Assembly: GCA_038153405.1 (NCBI GenBank)
Contig: JAYOYH010000043.1
Location: 21,989-41,203 of the forward strand
Direction: 5' to 3'
Length of the DNA: 19,215 bases
From: Gemmatimonadota bacterium
GTDB taxonomy: Bacteria; Latescibacterota; UBA2968; UBA8231
Shown: positions 8,042 to 14,673 of the stretch, in pieces
Layout of the letters: each line of letters starts with the position of its first letter
Position numbering within the stretch: the first letter of the stretch is position 1
The notes under the pieces: model-generated
Seen by the model: the letters and a program-made list of their open reading frames with translations, nothing else
What the model was told of the DNA's origin: nothing
Databases searched by the model: none
Program-made: the position numbers and the translations under genes

Positions 8042-9057
8042 GGATCGTCTTCTACCGAACGCGGAACGCGCAGCAGCTGTCGCTCTTCCAACGCGCGCAC
8101 CGCCTGCACAATGCGGTCCTGCGCCGCCTGCACCTCGCTCATGCGCACCGGTGCCAGCGCCTGTATATCCTCCATGAAACGCGCGCGCCGCCGCTCGGAC
8201 ATGGCGCTAAGAAACGCGTCGCGCACCGCCTTATCGGCTGCGCGCAGCGCCAGGCGCAGGTCGCCCATATCAATTTGCTCGAGCAGCATCTGCGCGTCGT
8301 GCTCGGGCAGACGTGCCAGATCGTCGAACGACAGCAGGCGGCGACGGACCGCTTCAGCCGCTTCGGGATCCTGTTCATCGATGCGCGCCAGCACGCCTTT
8401 TTCCAATCTGCCGCCGCCCGCATTGAGAATAGCGGCCAGCGTCTCCGACCCGCCCACGCGATGTTCGCCGTCCAGCGCAGCGGCGAGTAGCTCGGCCAAA
8501 TTCTCCTCCACGGCGCGCACGATCTCCGAATCGACCTTTCCCAGCGTGGCGATGCGATGAGCCACCTCGCCCTGCACCGCACCCGGCAGGCACTCGAGTA
8601 TGGCAGCAGCCTGCTCTGTGGCCAGCTGCGATAGGATCAACGCGATGGTCTGCGGATGCTCGCGCGCGATAAAGGGAGCAGCGCGCTGGGGATCGAGATT
8701 GCGCAGCAGGGCAAATCCCGCCGCCGGCTCACCCAGCGCACGCTCCAGCATCGCGCGCGCCCGCTCTGGTCCCAGCGCGCGCTCCAGCACCTGGCGGGCG
8801 TAGTGCACGCCACCGGCAACCGCACCATCGCCTTCCAGCGCCGCGGCAAACTCGGCCAGCACGCGGTCCTGCATATCTTTCGACACGCCCTTTAAATCGA
8901 TCAGCGCCTGCGCCACTTCGGCCGCCTCGTCGTCGTCGAGCTGGCGCATGAGATCGGCGGCCAACTCATCGCCTAGGGCCACCATGAGCACGGCGATTTT
9001 ATCCCAGGAGGGCAACGCCGCGCGCAGGCGCTCCTTGTCGATGTCGATTTGGCGCAT
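8032..9057 (-). CDS. fliG: Flagellar motor switch protein FliG homologue
   Basis: KIAVLMVALG N-domain; GGVHYARQVLERALG; EHPQTIALILS middle-domain motif; GG linker; LSFDDL (MFxF-like); AMSERR...PVRMSEVQAAQ C-domain. Confidence 0.9.
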   Translation of the reverse strand: MRQIDIDKERLRAALPSWDKIAVLMVALGDELAADLMRQLDDDEAAEVAQALIDLKGVSKDMQDRVLAEFAAALEGDGAVAGGVHYARQVLERALGPERARAMLERALGEPAAGFALLRNLDPQRAAPFIAREHPQTIALILSQLATEQAAAILECLPGAVQGEVAHRIATLGKVDSEIVRAVEENLAELLAAALDGEHRVGGSETLAAILNAGGGRLEKGVLARIDEQDPEAAEAVRRRLLSFDDLARLPEHDAQMLLEQIDMGDLRLALRAADKAVRDAFLSAMSERRRARFMEDIQALAPVRMSEVQAAQDRIVQAVRALEERQLLRVPRSVEDDPYV

Positions 9058-9060
9058 GAC

Positions 9061-9831
9061 CTATCCCTCTTCTTGCAGTTTTCTCAACTCGTCGCGCAGC
9101 AGGGCGGCCCGCTCAAAATCCTCGCGCGCCACTGCTTCTTCCTGCAGTCGCTCGAGTTGCTCAAGGCGACTGAGCGGCCGCTTGTCCTGCAGTTCGCGCT
9201 GCAATTCGTCCAGCGCCTGCTCCGAGCGCTCCATCTCGGCGTGAAACTCCTCCGCATCGACGGCGCGGCACTGGCCAATGTGCGCCCGCGTCTCCTCGAC
9301 GATTTCCAGCGCGCGATCGTAGGCGTCGTCCTCGCAGGCCAGCATCGCGCGCGCCGTCCCGTGAATGCGTAAGATATAGGGCCACCACTTCTCTAGATTA
9401 AGCCGATCGTCTTCCTCGGCGGCGTAGCGATTGACAAAGCGAAACAGGCTCATATTGCGCTCCGTATCGCGGATTACGCGACCGTAGTCTTTTAACTGCA
9501 GCAGAAAAACGTAGCGCTCATAGAGGCGCGCGCCCTCCTCAAACAGCTCTTTGCAATCTGCCGGTTCAAGCAAAAAGTCGCTTCTATCCGCATTGACAGC
9601 ATTGCCCTGGCGCTCCTGCTCTGCGCGAAAGTAGTCAAGGGCAAAATCGCTCCCATGCGGCTTTCTTCCGTCGGGTCGCCCGTCTAAATCGAGCTGTAGA
9701 ATGCCCTGGAAGGCGCCCTGGTCAATGCGCACCTGGATTTTCTCCACGCCATCTTCACCGCGTATTTTGCGCACGTTGGCCTCCGGATCGAACGCCCACT
9801 CCTTCAAGAGTTCTGTGATATCTTGCTTCAT
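9061..9831 (-). CDS. Conserved hypothetical protein with a C-terminal UvrB/UvrC (UVR) coiled-coil motif
   Basis: C-terminus LQEEAVAREDFERAALLRDEL is a UVR motif. N-terminus VRKIRGEDGVEKIQVR...GRPDGRKP. ATG 9831 follows AAGGAG. Confidence 0.82.
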   Translation of the reverse strand: MKQDITELLKEWAFDPEANVRKIRGEDGVEKIQVRIDQGAFQGILQLDLDGRPDGRKPHGSDFALDYFRAEQERQGNAVNADRSDFLLEPADCKELFEEGARLYERYVFLLQLKDYGRVIRDTERNMSLFRFVNRYAAEEDDRLNLEKWWPYILRIHGTARAMLACEDDAYDRALEIVEETRAHIGQCRAVDAEEFHAEMERSEQALDELQRELQDKRPLSRLEQLERLQEEAVAREDFERAALLRDELRKLQEEG

Positions 9832-10011
9832 CCTGTTCTCCTTCGCCCCGCAGCAAACGCAACGCCGCACACCGGTATGATACCTTGCACCCTAGGCGAT
9901 GTCAATTGCCGCCGCCCACTCGATGTAGAGACACCTGGCTGGCATCTATACGCGCAGGGGCGCCTTTCAAAGGAACCTCACGGCACGCCGTGCGCCTCAC
10001 TCCATTGCATA

Positions 10012-10040
10012 TTTACAAATCGACAAATTTGTCTTAAATT
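10012..10040 (+). promoter_or_regulatory. Putative sigma70 promoter of the NifA-like gene with a palindrome in its spacer
   Basis: TTTACA-17 nt-TAAATT; the spacer contains the perfect palindrome GACAAATTTGTC (10022-10033). Confidence 0.5.
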
Positions 10041-10069
10041 ACCTCAATTATATCACATATTTGTGCGAA

Positions 10070-11638
10070 ATGGAGCCCATGAGCACGTTGACCAATTCGA
10101 CGCCCAATGCGCGTCAGCAAATTTCTGCCCTGCATGCCATCGGTCAGATCCTCGGCGAAACGACCGATTTTGAGGAGGCGCTCAACCAAATCCTCAAAGC
10201 CATCTGCGAAGGACTCAATATGAGCCTAGCCACCGTCAGCTTGCTGCACGAGCAAACGGACCAAGTCACCATTGATGTGGCCTACGGCCTGTCGCGCAGC
10301 GAAATAGAGCGCGGTCGCTACAAGGTCGGCGAGGGCATTACCGGCAAAGTCGTAGAGTCCGGCAAACCGGTCATCGTGCCGCGCATCAGCAGCGAGCCTC
10401 TCTTTCTCAACCGCACCGGAGCCCACGGCAACGAAAAAGAGCAGACATCCTTTATTTGCGTGCCCATCTCCCTATCGCAGGAAGTGGTCGGCACCCTCAG
10501 CGTGGACACGCCATACGAGAGCGATCCCGTGCTGCAGGAGACCGTGCGCCTACTTTCCATTATAGCCGTCATGATCGGCCAATCGGTTGCCGCTCGCAAG
10601 CGCGCGCGCGACGAGCAAATGCAGTTGGTCGATGAAAATCAGCGCCTTAAACAGGAACTGCGCGAGCGCTTTCAACCGGCTAACCTGATTGGCAATGCGC
10701 GGCCCATGCAGGAAATCGGCGAGCTGGTGCGCCAAGTCGCGCCCAGCGATGCAACCGTCATGCTGCGCGGCGAAAGCGGCACCGGTAAAGAGCTCCTGGC
10801 CGACGCCCTGCACTACAACAGCCTGCGCGCCAACAAGAACTTCGTCAAAGTCCACATCGCCGCCCTGCCCGAAACGCTGATTGAAAGCGAGCTATTTGGC
10901 TACGAAAAGGGGGCCTTTACCGGTGCGTCGGGCAGTAAAATAGGCCGTTTTGAACGGGCCAATGGCGGCACGATATTCCTCGACGAAATTGGCGAACTCA
11001 GCCCCGCCGTCCAGGTTAAGCTGCTGCGCGTGCTGCAAAATCGCGAAGTGGAACGCCTCGGCAGCGATGCCCCGACCCCGATCGACGTGCGCATTGTCGC
11101 CGCGACCCACGTCAATCTAGAAAAAGCCGTAGCCGAGGGCACTTTTCGCGAAGACCTGTTTTACCGCCTCAACGTATTTCCGATTTTTATGCCTCCGCTG
11201 CGCGAGCGCAAATCGGATATTTTACTGCTGGCCGACCACTTTCTCGAAAAGTACGCTCGTCAGCACAGCAGCGAAATTCGCCGCATTTCAACTCCGGCCA
11301 TTGATATGATGATGAGCTACCACTGGCCCGGCAACGTGCGCGAACTGGAAAACTGCATCGAACGCGCCGTTATTCTCAGCAGCGACGGCGTGGTGCACGG
11401 CCATCACATGCCGCCGTCGCTGCAGACGGCCGATGCGACTAACACCCCGGTGGCCGGCTCCTTCGAGGTGCTTATAAAGGCCTACGAACGCGAGATCCTG
11501 ATCGAAGCGCTTAAGAACGCGCGCGGCAATATGGCCAAAGCCGCGCGCATCCTTGGCACGTCAACGCGCATTTTCTCTTATCGAATCCAAAAACTGGATA
11601 TCGAGCCCAAGCAATACAAGAGTAAAAAACAACAATAA
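10070..11638 (+). CDS. NifA-like GAF-AAA+-HTH sigma54 transcriptional activator
   Basis: GAF domain (YKVGEGITGKV...SFICVPI); Walker A GESGTGKE; ESELFGYEKGAFTGA; FREDLFYRLNV; HTH GNMAKAARILG. Start could be 10061, 10070 or 10079. Confidence 0.93.
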   Translation: MEPMSTLTNSTPNARQQISALHAIGQILGETTDFEEALNQILKAICEGLNMSLATVSLLHEQTDQVTIDVAYGLSRSEIERGRYKVGEGITGKVVESGKPVIVPRISSEPLFLNRTGAHGNEKEQTSFICVPISLSQEVVGTLSVDTPYESDPVLQETVRLLSIIAVMIGQSVAARKRARDEQMQLVDENQRLKQELRERFQPANLIGNARPMQEIGELVRQVAPSDATVMLRGESGTGKELLADALHYNSLRANKNFVKVHIAALPETLIESELFGYEKGAFTGASGSKIGRFERANGGTIFLDEIGELSPAVQVKLLRVLQNREVERLGSDAPTPIDVRIVAATHVNLEKAVAEGTFREDLFYRLNVFPIFMPPLRERKSDILLLADHFLEKYARQHSSEIRRISTPAIDMMMSYHWPGNVRELENCIERAVILSSDGVVHGHHMPPSLQTADATNTPVAGSFEVLIKAYEREILIEALKNARGNMAKAARILGTSTRIFSYRIQKLDIEPKQYKSKKQQ

Positions 11639-11673
11639 CGTAGTTTTACAAAGCTTTTAAACTACATTATTGT
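11632..11673. promoter_or_regulatory. Candidate upstream activator sites (ACA-N4-TGT type) for the amtB promoter
   Basis: ACAATAACGT (11632) and ACATTATTGT (11664) are 32 bp apart, with a weaker ACAAAGCTTT (11648) midway. They lie about 95-135 bp upstream of the -24 element. Confidence 0.45.
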
Positions 11674-11764
11674 TTCTTTTTAGTCCTCTCTCCATGTGCC
11701 TTCCATCGCGGTAACTAGCTGTTTTAAAAGAGCTAAACAATTTATTCGTGCCCACTCCTTCCGC

Positions 11765-11781
11765 TTGGCACCCCGCTTGCT
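11765..11781 (+). promoter_or_regulatory. Sigma54 (-24/-12) promoter of amtB-glnK
   Basis: TTGGCACCCCGCTTGCT: GG-N10-GC consensus. Confidence 0.9.
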
Positions 11782-11911
11782 ATCCCAATGCTGAAACGTT
11801 AGCGCGCTTTCTCACTCGTTCCCACCGCCGGGCGCTCTTCACACAGCGCTACCCCGCTAGGCGCGGCAGAGGGGGAGATCAGTAGCAACGCACCGCAAAG
11901 GGAAGGATACT

Positions 11912-13246
11912 ATGCCCAATCTCCGCACAGCAGCACTCGCAGCGCTATCTGCGCTGATTGCAGCAGGAAGCAGCACCGTCCACGCTGAGGACTTCACGAC
12001 CATGGAGGCTTTTCAGGCCATGCCCTTGGCCTATCCCAAGTTTATGATCGATAACTTGTGGATTTTGATCTCGGCCGCCCTGGTATTCATCATGCACCTC
12101 GGCTTTGCCACGCTGGAGACCGGTCTCACGCGCCAGAAGAACACGGTCAATATTCTCTTCAAAAACCTTTTCATCATATCCATAGGCATCGTCTCCTACG
12201 CCCTGACCGGCTTCAACACCATGTATCCGGGCGATTTCAACGGATATCTAGCCATTAAGGGATGGATTGGCTTTGACGGCGACGTTGCCAATCTGACCAA
12301 TCAATACGCCGACTACACCTACTGGTCCGACTTTATTTTTCAGGCCATGTTCGCCGCCACCGCGGCCACTATCGTCTCCGGCGCCGTCGCCGAACGCGTC
12401 AAACTCTCCGGCTTCATGCTATACGCTACGCTGCTCGTGGCCTTTATGTATCCCATCGCCGGATCCTGGAAGTGGGGCGGCGGCTGGCTCGACCAGATGG
12501 GTTTTTACGACTTTGCCGGCTCCTCGCTCGTGCATGCCTTCGGCGGATTTGCCGCGCTGGGCGCCGTGCTGGTGCTCGGACCGCGCATGGGCAAATACGT
12601 AGACGGTCATATCCGCCCCATTCTCGGCCACAGCATGCCGCTGGCTACCATTGGCGTTTTCCTGCTCTGGCTGGGCTGGTATGGCTTTAACGGAGGCTCA
12701 GTGCTCAGCGCCGATCCGACCCTCGTATCGCTGGTCTTTGTCACGACTACGCTGGCGGCGGCCGGCGGCTGCCTGGCGGCCATTATTACCTCTTATATCT
12801 ACCTGAAGAAACCCGATATTACCATGGGTCTAAACGGCATTCTCGCCGGACTCGTCGGCATCACCGCTGGCGCCGACACCGTGACGTGGAGCAGCGCCAT
12901 GCTCATCGGCCTGATCGCTGGCGCCATCGTCGTATTTGCCATCGTCATTATCGACCGCATCAAGATCGACGATCCCGTTGGCGCCATCTCCGTGCACGGC
13001 ATCTGCGGCATCTGGGGAACGCTGGCCGTCGGCCTGTTTAGCACCAACCCCGAACACACCTTTAGCACGCAGCTTCTCGGCACGCTGTGCTATGCGAGCT
13101 TTGCCTTTGTCATTTCGCTCATTCTGGCCTCCCTTGCGAAGGTCACCTTCGGCTTCCGCGTCGACGAAGACGAGGAATACGAGGGCCTCGATTTGAGCGA
13201 ACACGGTCAGCCGGCCTACGCCGACTTCCAGCACATAAACAACTAA
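11912..13246 (+). CDS. amtB: Ammonium transporter
   Basis: FQAMFAATAATIVSGAVAER, DFAGSSLVH, GWYGFNGGS and IDDPVGAISVHG; both conserved His residues are retained. Signal-peptide-like N-terminus. Confidence 0.97.
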   Translation: MPNLRTAALAALSALIAAGSSTVHAEDFTTMEAFQAMPLAYPKFMIDNLWILISAALVFIMHLGFATLETGLTRQKNTVNILFKNLFIISIGIVSYALTGFNTMYPGDFNGYLAIKGWIGFDGDVANLTNQYADYTYWSDFIFQAMFAATAATIVSGAVAERVKLSGFMLYATLLVAFMYPIAGSWKWGGGWLDQMGFYDFAGSSLVHAFGGFAALGAVLVLGPRMGKYVDGHIRPILGHSMPLATIGVFLLWLGWYGFNGGSVLSADPTLVSLVFVTTTLAAAGGCLAAIITSYIYLKKPDITMGLNGILAGLVGITAGADTVTWSSAMLIGLIAGAIVVFAIVIIDRIKIDDPVGAISVHGICGIWGTLAVGLFSTNPEHTFSTQLLGTLCYASFAFVISLILASLAKVTFGFRVDEDEEYEGLDLSEHGQPAYADFQHINN

Positions 13247-13274
13247 GAGCGCTTGTGACCAAGGAGAATACGCC

Positions 13275-13613
13275 ATGTTTAAAATCGAAGCATACTTGCG
13301 TCCTTCCGCTCTGGAAGGCGTGCAAAAGGCCCTCGGAGAAATTGGTATCGTCGGCATGTCCGTAACGGAAATCCGCGGTTTTGGCCGCCAGCGCGGCCAT
13401 CGCGAGGTCTACCGCGGCGCCGAGTACCGCATCGACTTCGTGCCCAAAATCAAGGTCGAAGTCGTGGTGAAAGACGCAGACAAAGACGGGGCAATTAACG
13501 CCATAGTCGAGTCATCGAAGTCGGGCAAAGTCGGCGATGGAAAAGTTTTTTCCTCGCCCGTGCAAGACGCGGTGCGCATACGAACAGGCGAAACCGGAGA
13601 GGGTGCTCTCTGA
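13275..13613 (+). CDS. glnK: P-II nitrogen regulatory protein
   Basis: 112 aa; T-loop GFGRQRGHREVYRGAEY with Tyr51; GKVGDGKVF; RIRTGETG. SD AAGGAG. Adjacent to amtB. Confidence 0.96.
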   Translation: MFKIEAYLRPSALEGVQKALGEIGIVGMSVTEIRGFGRQRGHREVYRGAEYRIDFVPKIKVEVVVKDADKDGAINAIVESSKSGKVGDGKVFSSPVQDAVRIRTGETGEGAL

Positions 13614-13623
13614 TTCGCCACTA

Positions 13624-13669
13624 CCGTTCGGCGCGGCAAGACCCACCCTCCCCTTGTCGCGCCGAACGG
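13624..13669 (+). other. 17-bp intergenic stem-loop between glnK and the putative porin gene
   Basis: CCGTTCGGCGCGGCAAG-12 nt-CTTGTCGCGCCGAACGG, with one G-U pair and no U-tract. Confidence 0.7.
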
Positions 13670-13742
13670 CTACACCTTGATTTGATTCTTGATAGCCCCG
13701 ACGGGCATCTTACCCACCAAACCCTCTAAGGAGAGAGTCCAC

Positions 13743-14441
13743 ATGAAGAAGTTAATACTTTATGCAGCCTTGTTGAGCATTGGCCTGACTTCAGTCCCCG
13801 CTACTGCTGAAATCAGCATTGGCGCAGATGTAGTTAGCCGGTATGTATGGCGTGGAACAGATTTCGGAGACGGAGTCTCCATCCAACCAGGTATCTCCTA
13901 CGCTGCAGGTGCAGTTGAGATTGGTGCGTGGTCTTCATGGGGTTTAACGTCAAATGGAGCTAACGAGAATGACCTTTACGTGAGCTACTCGGCCGGGCCA
14001 GTGAGCGTCACGGTCACTAGCTACTTTTTCCCGGGAACCAATAGTTCAGAAGCTGTAGGAGCCGTGGAAGATGATCCAACAACGGAGGAAGACGAAACAG
14101 CCCCTGGGAAAGAAGCAGTTCCAGTAGATTTTTTCAATGTAGACGATCATATAATCGAGCTCACGGTTGGCTTCGAAGCAGGCAGCCTAAGCCTGTTAGG
14201 CGCGGTGAACGTAATGGGTGCCGATACAGACGTGTATCTTGAAGCTGGTATGGATCTCGGATCTGTAGGTGATGCTGAAGTAGGTCTAGCCGTGGGCATA
14301 GGGAACAAGGTGTACACGAGTGATGGAGACCCCATGTTATGTAACATAGCACTGAACGTTAGCCAGGGTGATTACTTCGGTTCCTACGTCATCAATCCTG
14401 ACACGAAGACCCCATACCTCTTCATAGGTAAAAGCTTCTAA
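13743..14441 (+). CDS. Putative outer-membrane beta-barrel protein (TorF/TIGR02001-like porin)
   Basis: Signal peptide MKKLILYAALL...ATA; ADVVSRYVWRG motif; END LYVSYS-type strand; amphipathic strands; C-terminal Phe (YLFIGKSF). SD AAGGAG. Confidence 0.72.
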   Translation: MKKLILYAALLSIGLTSVPATAEISIGADVVSRYVWRGTDFGDGVSIQPGISYAAGAVEIGAWSSWGLTSNGANENDLYVSYSAGPVSVTVTSYFFPGTNSSEAVGAVEDDPTTEEDETAPGKEAVPVDFFNVDDHIIELTVGFEAGSLSLLGAVNVMGADTDVYLEAGMDLGSVGDAEVGLAVGIGNKVYTSDGDPMLCNIALNVSQGDYFGSYVINPDTKTPYLFIGKSF

Positions 14442-14578
14442 TCAATCACACACCGGAGCCGATTCTCCCATTATATACAGCAATGGTGGGTAGTGGAGAA
14501 TCTTTCCGGAACGCGCGCGGCGCACTGCGGGGAGTGCGTCGTGCGCACTCGAATAACCCACCGCCCCCCGCACAACAG

Positions 14579-14673
14579 AAAAACGCCGTTTAGCAGTAGC
14601 CCATTCCTCTCAGCGCGGCGGGCTTGCCACCCGCTCGCTGGGATAAATAGGCGCTGCCAAGCGGCGTTTTTTT
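14579..14673. terminator. Long hairpin with A-tract and T-tract ends; possible bidirectional terminator
   Basis: AAAAACGCCGTTTAGCAGT ... GCTGCCAAGCGGCGTTTTTTT lies between convergent genes. Confidence 0.55.

Noticed and set aside
5872..8490. Long alternative-frame ORFs (5872-6768 -, 7579-8490 +)
   Set aside because: They overlap well-supported genes, are Arg/Ala-rich without motifs, and are expected shadows in high-GC DNA.
9979..9996. CGGCACGCCGTGCGC as a sigma54 promoter on either strand
   Set aside because: GG-N10-GC spacing exists, but the -12 element lacks TTGC on both strands and the sequence is GC-rich, so it is too weak.
10070..11638. Inferring nitrogen fixation from the NifA-like gene
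   Set aside because: No nif structural genes are present in the window, and I saw no TGT-N10-ACA site upstream of the target promoter.
14579..14671. Long hairpin as SRP RNA or 6S RNA
   Set aside because: It lacks the SRP GGAA tetraloop/AGCAG motif and is too short for 6S RNA with its central bubble.
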